A stretch of 64,000 bases of DNA from the human T2T-CHM13v2.0 reference genome, Homo sapiens. The stretch lies in the NCBI RefSeq assembly GCF_009914755.1, contig NC_060934.1; one strand, given 5' to 3'. Shown here piece by piece: positions 27,337-56,677 of this stretch. Position 1 is the first letter of the stretch. The number at the start of each line of letters is the position of its first letter. The notes below the pieces were generated by a model. That model saw nothing but the letters and a program-made list of their open reading frames with translations. It was not told the origin of the DNA and searched no databases. Both the position numbers and the translations under genes were made by a program.

Positions 27337-29094
27337 ACATTTTGATAACATACTAAGCTCAGTCAATGGTGGCACAAATACAAGCAATAAATATTTGATT
27401 TCTAGTTATTTAATGCTTTTACATTTTTCTGTAATAACTTATTTTCAGCTGGCAATAAAGACTATGAACAAAAAGAAGGAATAAACTAAAACATTCCATC
27501 TAATTAGGATAAGCATCTAAAATGAGGTGGGCAGCTTAAGTGTTTTTAACTACTTTTACATTAGGCTATTCTTAGGTTTCACTTCTGTTTTTGAAGTTTT
27601 CATCAGTAAGTAGTTTCAAATAAGGATGAAAAATATCCTCTTAGAGTTAAGTAGTAGATTAATATTTTATAAAAATAGCATTATTTGTGAAAACATCTGT
27701 AGCCTGTTATTTCCCATCTTGAAAATGCTAACATCGTTTATGACATGAAGTCAATATATACCTCCCTTCCTCTCTCCCTTCTTCTGAGACAGGGTCTCAC
27801 TGTTGCCCAGGCTGGAGTGCAGTGACATGATCATAGCTCACTGTAACCCTGAACTCCTGGACTCAAGTGATCCTTCCACCTCAGGCTCCAGAACAGCTAG
27901 AAATACAGGTACTCACTACAAAACCCAGCTAATTATTATTTTTTTTAATTTGTGTACAGACAGGGTCTCATTATGTTGTCCAGGCTAAGTCTTTTTTATA
28001 TAAATCACCTCTGTGGCTTTTAAAAAAATAATTTATTCAGGGGAAATTCACATAAAATTGGCCACTTTAAAGTGAACAAGTTGGTGGCATTTAGTGCAAC
28101 CACCAACTCCTTTTAGTGTCAAAATACTTCCATGACTCTAAAGTAAAACCCCTCATCCATTAAGCAGTTTCTTCCCACTATGCCCTCTACCCAGCCCCTG
28201 GCAACAACCAATCTGGACTCTGTCTCTGGATTTAACTATCCTGGATATTTCATATAAATGGAATCATACAACATGTGACCTTTTGTGTCTGCCTTCTTTC
28301 AGTTGGCATAGTATTTTCAAAGCTCATCCATGTAGTATCACATATCACATTTCATTCTTTCTAATGACTGAATAATAATCCACTGTGCAGGCGCAACTGG
28401 CTCTCCTTTTGTGGAAAAGTGAACTTAATCCACACGTCTCATCATATACAAAATTTAAGATGGATCATAGACCTAAACGTAATATCTAAAACTATAAAAC
28501 TTGTACACAGACCAGGCGCAGTGGCTCATGCCTATAATCCCATCACTTTGGGAGGCCAAAGTGGGTGGATCACTTGAGCTCAAGAGTTTGAAAGCCTGGG
28601 CAACATGGCAAAAACCCATCTCTACAAAATATACAAAAATTAGTTGGGCATGGTGGTCCGTATCTGTAGTCCCAGCTACTTGGGAGGCTGAGGCAGGAGT
28701 ATCACTTGAGCCCAGCAGAGGTTGCAGTGAGGCGGAGGTTGAAGCAGAGCTTGCAGTGAGCTGATTATGCCACTGCGCTCCAGCCTCAGTGACAGAGGAA
28801 GACCTGTGGCTCATGCCTGTAATCCCAGCACTTTGGGAGGCTAAGGAGGGTGGATCACGAGGTCAAGAGATGGAGACCATCTTGGCCATCATGGTGAAAC
28901 CCCGTCTCTACTAAATACAAAAAATTAGCTGGGCATGGTGGCACGCATCTGTAATCCCAGCTACTCAGGTGGCTGACGCAGGAGAATCGCTTTCACCTGG
29001 GAGGTGGAGGTTGCAATGAGCTGAGCCGAGATCACACCACTACACTCCAGCCTGGGCAACAAGATCAAGACTGTCTCAAAAAAAAAAAAAAAAG

Positions 29095-29611
<517 letters not shown>

Positions 29612-30189
29612 ATACTGTAGGTAGGAAAACCATGGAAGGCCTCTTTGAGGAGGTAATATTTGTTCAGAGACCTGAGTAAAGTAAAGGAGTGATATACAAA
29701 ATAAAACAAACAGCAACTGCATATACACAAACAACAACTGCACCCAAGTAGCTGGGATTACAGGTGCACACCACCATGCCCGGCTAATTTTTTGTATTTA
29801 GTAACACAGTGGTTTGCAACTATACTCCCAGCTACTTGGGAGGCTGAGACAGGAGGATCGCTTTGAGCCCAGGAGTTTGAGGCTGCAGTGAGCTATAATC
29901 ACACCACTGCACTTCAGCCTGGGTGACAGAGTGAGACCCAATCTCTAAACAAAAAAATAAAACAAACAATAAACCAACCTACTACAGGGTTGGCATATAA
30001 CATCATATTAATCTGTTTTGCATATTATGGTTTATATGCATATGCAAAAGATTTAGAATATTTTATTCTCTTAGAAGGTTAGATTATCTCTGCAACCTTG
30101 TTTGTATACTTAATTTAAGTCCCTCTTCATGGCTAACAGAGGACTTAAAAAACTAAAACAAAATTGCATTTATATATTATCCTTCCATT

Positions 30190-31445
30190 AGAGTATTGAG
30201 AGGAAAAAGACAAGCTATGGTTTGGGACAAAATATTTGCAAACACACATCTGACAAAAGGACTTGTATCCAGAATATAGGAAGAGCTCTCAAAATGCAAT
30301 AATAAGCTAAATAATCCAATTAAAATACAGGCAAAACATATGCATAGACATTTCATCAAAGAATATATACAAATGGCAAATAAGCATATGAAGTGATGTT
30401 TAACATCATTTGTCACTAGGGAAATACAAATTAAAAACACAATAAGATACCAAAATATGCCTATTTGAATATTTAAAATTAAAAAGACAGTATCAAATGT
30501 TGTTGAGAATGTAGAGCAACCTGAATTCTACTACACTGCTGGAAAGAAAATAAAAAAGGCACAAGCACTCTGGAAAAGTTTGCCATTTCTTTAAAACTTA
30601 AACATATATCTATCATATGTCCCAGACTTTCTAATTGTAAGTAATTGTCCAAGAGAAATTAAAGCACATATCCATATAAAGACTTGAACACAGGCTTGGG
30701 CACAGTGGCTCACACCTCTAATCCCAACACTTTGGGAGGCCAAGATGGGTGGATTGCTTGAACCCAGGAGTTCAAGAGCAGCCTGGGCAACATGGCAAAA
30801 TGCAGTCTTTACGAAAATTGAAAAATTAGTTGGGCATGGTAGCACATGCCTGTAGTCCCAGCTACTTGGGAGGATCACACGAGCCCAAGAGGTTGAGGCT
30901 ACAGTGAGCCAAGATTGTCTCGTGCCACTGCACTCCAGCCTGGGCGACAGAGATCCTGTCTCAAAAGAAAAAAAAAAACTTATACACAAATGTTCTTAGC
31001 AGCTTTGTAATGGCCAGAAACTACAAACAACCCAAATGTTATCCACAAGTAAATGGATAAAAAAAATTATGGTACATCTGTACAATGTAATACTACTATG
31101 CAATATAAAGGAATAAAGTATTTACATGCAAAACATTAAAAAATTCGTAATAACTACACTGAGTGAAAGAAGACAAAAAGAGTACATAGTGTATGATTCC
31201 GTATATATAAAATCCTAGAAAATGCACACTAATCTGACAGAACACAGACCAGTGGTTCCCTGGGGTAAGGAGGTCAAGTACGGAGAGGAGGAGGTATTAC
31301 AAAGGAGCCCAGGAAAACTTTTGGGGAGAAGGGGTGATACGTTCAATATCTTCATTATGGTGATGGTTTCATGGGTACATATATATATGTTAAAATTTAT
31401 TATATACTCTGTGCAACTTATTGTATACCAATTATGCCACAATAA
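30190..31445 (+). mobile_element. L1M 3' end with nested Alu (30693-30980)
   Basis: L1 ORF2 C-terminal and 3'UTR motifs. Confidence 0.75.
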
Positions 31446-31572
31446 GACTTTTTCAGCCAGTGGCAGTGGCTCACACTTGTAATCCCAGAACTTTGGGAGG
31501 CCGAGGCGAATGGATCACTTGACGTCAGGAGATCACATCACTGTACTCCAGCCTGGGCAGCAGAGCGAAACT
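31429..31572 (-). other. NT5C2: Candidate 144-nt alternative 5'UTR exon exonized from an antisense Alu plus an L1 3' end
   Basis: Reverse strand: poly-T tract-GAGACAG|AGTTTCGCTC (typical Alu right-arm acceptor) ... GGCATAATTG|GTATAC donor in flanking L1M sequence. Consistent with my recollection of an NT5C2 5'UTR exon of this size; not verified. Confidence 0.7.
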
Positions 31573-31905
31573 CTGTCTCAAAAAAAAAAAAAATAATAAT
31601 TCACAGGCAAAACATGCACAGTCCCCTTCACCACTACCATCACCCTCCCCCAAAGAAAGGAAAACAGCTGCTCCAACAGCTCTAGGCAACTGCTGAAAAC
31701 AGGAAGCAAAGAGCAACTGAAACTGTAGGGTAAGCCTGGTTAGCAATCTGCACTGAATATTCTTTCCTTCAAAATGGTGTGCCAATAAAATGCTGATAGC
31801 CACATATAGTAAGACCACTATCTTTAAACTACAATGAAAGGAAATTTTGTCCCTCCCATAATTACCTCATTACTTAACATAATGTTAAGAAAAGTTCAAG
31901 AATTA

Positions 31906-32280
<375 letters not shown>

Positions 32281-32594
32281 TCAGCACTTCTTTTCATGAC
32301 AATTCTGCATTAAGACAAAATGCCACGCTGCTAGAGTTATACATTGGCAAACGCTCTTTAAAAAGTCATTTTACATGTCTGTTTCAAGTCAGGTCAGTAA
32401 TTCATTTGGAATAAAGTGAGGAGCACTTTAACAATATGTAGAGCAGGTCTATCAGGCAGTGTTTAACACATGGCAATTTGAATCAAATATTCATTTTTCA
32501 ATGGAATAAGTATGTCAACATAGATAATAGGGTAATAATAGCAGTATGAATAATCAGTAGTTTCTACTTCACTCAAATTTTAATTTTGTATTTA

Positions 32595-32937
<343 letters not shown>

Positions 32938-33483
32938 CTAAGAACACTGCCCTAAAACTTACATGGAAAGGATAATTTTGAATAATTTCTTCAAATTTTC
33001 TCACCAGCCTGAAACTTATTTTGGTCTCTAAATACAACAACTTTCACTGCATATTACTCATGTTAAACTAGTTTATGGAAAAACAAAAGTTAAAGCTATA
33101 TCCTCCATTTGTATGCCTCATATTGTACTAAATAGCCACATTTTATTCAGTCTTTGATAACCCTAGTCCTTGGCAGATAAGCAAGTAAAATCAATAACCT
33201 ATAGTAGTTAGACATTTGGTTTTATCATTATATTGTGCTTAAGGGCCTCTCTGTAACATAGCCACAGACCAACTTACTTACAAATACATCCCCTTAAAAA
33301 CATGGAAAGTCAGATGCAAGTTTACTTTAATTCATCTACCAGTACTGCTGAAAAACTAAATCCTCATATTTGTAGTTAACAGTGTCACCTATAACTCAAA
33401 GAATAGCACTGTGAAATAAGCTATAGCTTTTTTAAGTATTTTGTAACCTTTACTCCTTATCATCACAAAACACATGAAAGGAG

Positions 33484-33503
33484 ATATATATATATGTGTG
33501 TGT

Positions 33504-33547
<44 letters not shown>

Positions 33548-33551
33548 ACAC
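33484..33551. repeat. (AT)n/(GT)n compound microsatellite
   Basis: (AT)19 at 33507-33544 flanked by GT and CA runs. Confidence 0.95.
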
Positions 33552-34220
33552 TCCTTCCCTCCCCTCTTTCCTGAAATTATTAGCTTTTTTTTTTTTTTTT
33601 AACAATCTATCCCTCCTTCTTGGAATTACTAGTTTTAAACTGTTCTTTAATAACTCTAATGAATTTTGAAAAATTCCTGCCCCAAATCCCTCTCAATATT
33701 GCCTCTGCATCATTCTTCCTTTCTTTTCTTCTACTGCAAAAATAATTAAACAAATGCTTTTTTTTTTTTTTTTTTTTAAAGACGAAGTCTCTTTCGCTCT
33801 GTCTTCCAGGCTGGAGTACAGTGGCACCATCTCAGCTCACTGCAAGCTCTGCCTCCTGGGTTCACGCCATATATATATATATACATATACATACACACAT
33901 ACACACACACATATATATATACTTTAAGTGGGGGTGGGAGGAGGGTGAGGGATGAGAAATTACCTGATGAGTACAATGTACACTATTCAGGTGATGGTTA
34001 CACTAAAAAGCCAGACCACTGCTATGCTATATATCCAAAACTGTACCCCCTAAATCTATAAAAATTAAAAAATAAAATAGTTTAAGATGAAGAAATGCCT
34101 ATTTTTCCAGAAGGCTCCTTGAAACTGTTGCATTTAAATTATCTTAAATGTTTCATTACCTCTCATCTTTTAAATAGTTCATGATAAGTTTTTGGTTTTT
34201 TTTTTTTTTAGTTTTTTTGA

Positions 34221-34379
<159 letters not shown>

Positions 34380-35611
34380 TAGTACAGACGGGGTTTCACC
34401 GTGTTGGTTAGGCTGGTCTCGAATTCCTGACCTCAAGTGATCCACCTGCCTCCCAAAGTGCTGGAATTACAGGAATGTGCCACCGTGCCCAGCCTATAAA
34501 CAAGTTTTTTTGTTTATTTTTCATTTCATTATTTTCATTCAGAGTTCTTTATGTCACTTGTCCCAAACTGCACTACACATTCCTGTCAAAGGCCAACACT
34601 CAATAGTTCACACACCAAAGTGATGCCAACAGTTAACAAACTCCAACTAATAACATCACACTTACCCACACACATCACTCACTGTCCTCTTACCCTGCTT
34701 TACTTGTTTTTTGCACATAACCCTTACATTTGACAGTTTGCATTCTGTCAATCTCTCCAAAATATAAGCTCCATAAGGGAGAGGAGTGTTTTATTTGCTG
34801 CTGTATCCCCAGCATCTCGCACAGTAGACTTAACAGACAGAAATAAATGAACCATTAAACGTCTACACATGGAGCCCTTTGCTTTTCAGAAGCCTATTTT
34901 TGTGTAAGCCTGAAAATGCAAGAATAACTGCAGAAGTCCCTTTTAATACTCTAAATGAATCTTTGTGAAATCTTATTCTTGGTTCACAAATACATAAGAT
35001 TCTTGGCTTGATTAACATAATATTTTGCTAACATTTCAACATCAGGCCTCGGAACAAAAGCTTCCTTGTTCTCCGAAGGAAAAATAACAAAGTTGAGAAG
35101 AGAGAACTTGTCGAGTGAGAAATGCAGTACCTGTTGCCTTGACAATTTGTTTTTCTTCTTCAAGCAGCTACATGCTCCTATCTGTAGTCTGAAATTGTAA
35201 CTAGAAACTACAAATTTATTTCATCTGTTCCTAAACTTTTGAAAATATACAAAAAAGACTAATTTTGCTATGTTCTCATCAACATTCTATTGCTACTATC
35301 CTGCCATATCACATAGAATGCTATATATTTGTTCTACATCAACACATTAAGGCTGCTTCTAACTGAATGTTTTGAATAATACCGGACCTTCAACAATAAC
35401 ATGGTTATTGACACAAAGGAACAAGAGAGCATGTAAGGAAAACATTTTAAAAGACTGAGCTATTTCTTCAAAACGTTGCCATAATTAACTGAGGTCTTCA
35501 AAAGCATAAAGGTATAAACCAGCTGTACAATTTTTACATTCAGACGATATATAATACTTTGCACCTTTAGTAATGACTCCTGAATACTCCTTTAAAAAAA
35601 AAAAATACATA

Positions 35612-41783
<6,172 letters not shown>

Positions 41784-42499
41784 TTAGGAAGATGTGATGT
41801 CTTCTGGTTAAGGGTGGCAGGTACTATAAGGGAATACTATCTATATAAATCTTCTTACAATTACAAACTTCTGAAAACTTGTAGCTGATGGTAAATTTTC
41901 ATACAATGGCATCAAACCTTTGAACTGAAAGGAATCTTGCATAACATCTCCTTCAGAACCCCCCCCACTCCACCCCGCGCCCCTCCACCTTATTTTACAG
42001 ATTTGTTGGTTACTAAATCCTAAAACCTTAATTCTGGGTCAATGAGAGTAATGCAGCTACCTATACTGTTGAAATGTAGTGGTTTACACTGCAATGGAAA
42101 TGCACTTCAGAAATAAGTCTGTGTATGCTAGTATCAACCCTGCATGTGGAGTTTTTATTTTAATTACTAACCAGCTATGTTTTCTTGAACTTAACCTTTT
42201 TTGTTCTTTTTTTTTTTTCCACTCTCAGCTCACACCTATTTTTTTTCTCTTTTCGAACTTCACCCTTTCAGGCCTGGATGTCTTCATCTGGATAAATTCT
42301 AACCGTTGTTGAAAAGCCATGTGGTAAATATTTTTGAAACCTAAAGCCTTCTCTACGCAATAACACTAAGTTTTCATGGTAAATGACACAGTTTCAATAT
42401 TCTCCCTTTCACATTATGGTCAGTAGTTTGCATTCGTTGCTTGAAGAGGCGAAATGAATAGTCTACAGACACTGGGAACCAAGTACAGCTCAATCCTGA

Positions 42500-43700
42500 A
42501 GAACTCATCGGCCCCTGGACGGGCGCGCACACACCCCCCTGTAATGGTGACTAGTCATTTCGGGGCGCTGTACTTCAGAGCACGACCCCCCTCAAACATC
42601 AAGGCCCTAAAGGTGAAAGCCCAGGAAAACGTCGATTCGGACAGCAGCCTCTACCTGCTGCTTTTAGAAGCTGTGGCCTGCCGGAGTCAAACCCCCAAAA
42701 CGTTTTTCTTAAACTAAGGGTTCAGGCCTCAGATCGGCATCTCGCCCTCTCCGATTTCAGGAGCCCCGAAAAAAGGAGAAGAATAGGCCGCCACTGAACG
42801 GCTCAGCCCCCTGACCAGGAGCTGTCCGGATGTTTTTTGTGGCGGCTTGCAATTCGCTGTGACCTTTCCAGGAAGTGTTGCACACGGGCGTGTGGCAAAC
42901 GAGCTGGCCGTTTCTCGCGGTCCTGCTAAAACGCTGTCAACCTGGCGCTCCACCAGAGGCCCCTTGGCTTCTCGGGAGGCGACCGAGGAGCTCTGGGGGC
43001 GGGGAGGCTTTTACAAGAAGCGAAAAGACGGCCTCAGGGGTGGCCGGGAACAGCCTGGAATCAGCTGGAGGACGTCAGCAGGACTGAGGAAAGGGCTACC
43101 ACCAGCGTGAGGAAAGGGGGGAAGAGGGCGGAACGCGGCGAACGGCCGCGCTGGGAGGCTGAGGCGGGGTCCCAGCGAGCCGGCGGCTGGGAAACAATGG
43201 CGCGAGCGTGACGTGGGCCGGAGGCGTCGCGGCGGCGCGGAGGAAGGGGCTGCCGTGGGGCGGGGGCCGCACCGAGGGAGTTGGGAGGCGTGCGGCGTCC
43301 GCGAGCGCGCTGGCGGGGACTCGGCCTAAGGAGAGGGGCCTTGGGGCCATGGTCCCTGGGGGCCGGGGGCGGGGGCAGGCGGCGGCCGCTACCCTGGGGT
43401 CGCGTGTTCGGCCGCGCACCTCCCCACCTAGCTCCCCGTTCGCCCGCTCCTTCCCCGCCCGCCCACGGGGCCCGCCGCACTCACCGGCTCCAGCGCACCG
43501 CAACAATCCCAGCGCGCAACTGCCGCAGCCGCCTCAACGCGCGCCCTCCCCGCCCCCGCCGCCCGGCACCGCCCCGCGCCGCCCCTCTGCTCGCGCCCGG
43601 CCAGGGACCGGCGCGCTGTTCCGTCCCCCAGCTCCGCCGCAGAGTTCGGCGAAGCCGACGCTCCCTGACCGCGCTGCGTCTGTCTGTCCCGCGGGTCTGG
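42500..43700. promoter_or_regulatory. NT5C2: CpG island / NT5C2 main promoter
   Basis: Very GC- and CpG-rich, Alu-free, multiple GGGCGG/CCGCCC boxes, TGACGT half-CRE (~43209), no TATA box. Confidence 0.92.
43485..43545 (-). other. NT5C2: NT5C2 non-coding exon 1 (5' boundary approximate)
   Basis: Inside the CpG island the reverse strand reads ...GGGATTGTTGCGGTGCGCTGGAGCCG|GTGAGT, a strong donor with GT at 43484-43483. No ATG in the exon. GC boxes lie immediately upstream. Confidence 0.85.
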
Positions 43701-43949
43701 AGATCTTCAAACGATGGAACACCGGCTTTGCCCTTCTGAGGGTCTCCATCCCTTGGCATTCTGCCTGCGCCCCTCAGCCTGGCCCTGGGCTAACCTCTCC
43801 ACTGTGTCTCATTCAGAAGAAGCTTTTCCTTGGGAGGAGAGGGCATCCTTTTTCCCAGTCACAGAATGTTTTGGTCTAATGGACCTCAAGGCCCCTCATG
43901 CGTCCACACCCCCATGGCACCCTCGAATCCCCTTGATGGCTAAAAACAC

Positions 43950-44175
43950 CAGCTTTGAAGTTTGTCAGAACGAGTTCCAGTCCCAGTACCACCACTTACA
44001 AACTGTAACCTCGGGCGAGGTACCTGACCTCCTATACCTGGTGCCCACATTTGTAGCACCAGGATAGGGAACAACAGTCCCCACATCAAAGGGTGTTGAC
44101 GGGATGAAATCACACAATATAGGTGAGGCCCTCAGCAGGATCCTGGCACACAGTAAGCACTCAATAAATGTTCAC
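43950..44175 (+). mobile_element. MIR
   Basis: GAGTTCCAGTCCCAG..TGTAACCTCGGGCGAGGTAC..CCTGGCACACAGTAAGCACTCAATAAATG. Confidence 0.7.
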
Positions 44176-44752
44176 CCCACCACCAGCAACTCAGCAGGAA
44201 GACTCCGCAAAAGCAGCTAGCTATTTCCAGAGGACTGAATTCCTTGGTCCGAGCAGCTCTCACCAGTGAGAAAATGTGTCTAAACTTCCACTCTCAGGGC
44301 CGAAATTCGATGCCTTGGAGCCACAGAGAACAAACGTCTAATCTCTCCTGGACCTTTGACTTTTCAGATACTTTACTTCTATCACCTCTGCCCAAGGTCT
44401 TCTCATTCCACATCAGTGTCTCCCGTTCCTTCCATTGTTCCTCCTCTGCCCTGGTTTTGAGGGTCTTTATCCCTCTCACGCAAATGGTAGATTTGACTGT
44501 GATTTCTTTAGAATACATCACCCAAGACTGAACCAAATGTTTGTGGTATCATCAGAGCAAAGCAGGACTATAGCTTCCTCCTTTTGGGACCTATCGCTTT
44601 GCACTCCTGCGATAAAGTTCTTGGCACCCATACTGTTGACTCATATTGGGCTTGCAGTCAACCAAAACCTCCGCGTCTTTTTAATAAGTGCTCCGCCAGA
44701 GCACTTCTACCCCTTCTTGTGCTTCTCAGCCAACTTCGCTTCAGGTCAGCTA

Positions 44753-54920
<10,168 letters not shown>

Positions 54921-55126
54921 AAAAAGTTCCATGCTTGCTGAAAACTTGAAAGACCTACTTAAACATTTAGCACTCAAAAAACTTGGGCATTTATCAGTAT
55001 AAATTCCTAGATCAGCACATTTACTGCATCTTTTAAAGATTGTAAGGCCTTGTAAGCAAGAAAATGGCTCTGGTGAGATGGGTTTATATAGGGATTTGTA
55101 ACAGGGATGCACTGTATTTTTTTAAT

Positions 55127-55280
55127 CAGTGGTTCTCAAATTTCATCAGGTATGGTTGCCTGGGGAGTTTTCTAAAAGGCAGATTCCATACCATATCTCA
55201 GTCTTACCAATCGTGACTCTCTGGCCTTGGGTCCTAGGAATTCGAAATTTAAACAAATTCCTAAGTAATTCTGATGCAAG
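55127..55280. mobile_element. MER5A-like hAT/Charlie DNA transposon remnant
   Basis: CAGTGGTTCTCAAA terminus, GCAGATTCC, TTTAAACAAATTCCTAAGTAATTCTGATGCA. Confidence 0.55.
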
Positions 55281-55689
55281 TAGTCCCTGTGTTCTCTGAA
55301 AATGTTAACTATCTGCCTCACCGGTGCTTGTGACAGCAATCAATGTTGCCATGGTAATAGCCAATCCGAGCCACCCCCTGCTGTCTGCTGCCCAGGCAAC
55401 ATTGACTTCATGTGTCTCTTTCTTGTTTGCTAGCCCAAAGGGCCACTTTGAAAAATAATCTTCTGAGTACTACAGAAACTATACAATTGACCTAAAGAAA
55501 CTCACTATTGCAGGATCAGGGATTATAAATCCCTATGTCACCTCACCTTCAGAGTATTAGTCTCTTCAGCACCTTTTGTGGCTCCAATTCAGATGTCAGA
55601 TGCTAGGCATCAATGTTGGTATTTCATTGGCATAAATAGGGTGCAGTCCCTGAAACTCAGACAGTTTTCCAAGCCCACCATGATCTAGG

Positions 55690-56123
55690 TGTCAGGCCTC
55701 TGAGCCCAAGCTAAGCCATCATATCCCCTGTGACTTGCACGTATACATCCAGATGGCCTGAAGCAAGTGAAGAGTCACAAAAGAAGTGAAAATGGCTGGT
55801 TCCTACCTTAACTGATGACATTCAACCATTGTGATTTGTTCCTGCCCCACCTTAACTGAGCAATTAACCTTGTGAAATTCCTTCTCCTGGCTCAGAAGCT
55901 CCCCCACCGAGCACTTTGTGACCCCCGCCCCTGCCCACAAGAGAAAAACCCCCTTTGACTGTAATTTTCCACTACCCACCCAAATCCTATAAAACTGTCC
56001 CACCCCTATCTTCCTTGCTGACTCCTTTTTCGGACTCAGCCCTTCTGCACCCAGGTGAAATAAACAGCCTTGTTGCTCACACAAAGCCTGTTTGGTGGTC
56101 TCTTCACACGGACATGCATGACA
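55690..56123 (+). mobile_element. 5' LTR (LTR7 family, LTR7B-like)
   Basis: TGTCAGGCCTCTGAGCCCAAGC...GCATGACA. TATAAAA at 55988-55994, AATAAA at 56059-56064. Subfamily assigned by eye. Confidence 0.93.
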
Positions 56124-56125
56124 TT

Positions 56126-56143
56126 TGGTGCCATGACTCAGAT
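56126..56143 (+). other. Primer binding site complementary to tRNA-His
   Basis: TGGTGCCATGACTCAGAT, i.e. the HERV-H PBS TGGTGCCGTGACTCGGAT with two CpG-type transitions. Confidence 0.9.
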
Positions 56144-56677
56144 TGGGGGACCTCCCTTGGGCGATCAATACCCTGTCCTGCTCTTTGCTCCATGAGAAAG
56201 ATTCACCTACGACCTCGGGTCCTCAGACCAACCAGCCCAAGGAACATCTCACCAATTTTAAATCAGGTAAGTGGCCTATTTTTACTCTCTTCTCCAACCT
56301 CTCTCACTATCCTTCAACCTCTTTCTCCTTTCGATTTTGGCACCACCCTTCAATCTCTCCCTTCTCTTAATTTCAGTTCCTTTCCTTTTCTGGTAGAGAC
56401 AGAGGAGATGCGTTTTATCTGTGAACCCAAAACTCCAGCTCTGGTCACGGACTCAGGAAGACAGTCTTCTCTTGGTGTTTAATCACTGTGGGGACGCTTA
56501 CCCACGTTTCAGAGGTGTCTGATCACCAGGGGGATGTCTGGCCTTGATCCTTCACCTTGGTGGCCAGTACCACTTTCACTGGGTGGCAAGCACCACCTCC
56601 CCTGGGGGGCAAGTACCCTCCCACCCCTTCTCTCCATGTGTCTACTCTCTCTTTTCTCTGGGCTTGCCTCCTTCACT

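Noticed and set aside
42729-44067. Overlapping Pro/Arg/Gly-rich ORFs up to 223 aa on both strands
   Set aside because: Stop-codon depletion in a CpG island; no recognisable domain.
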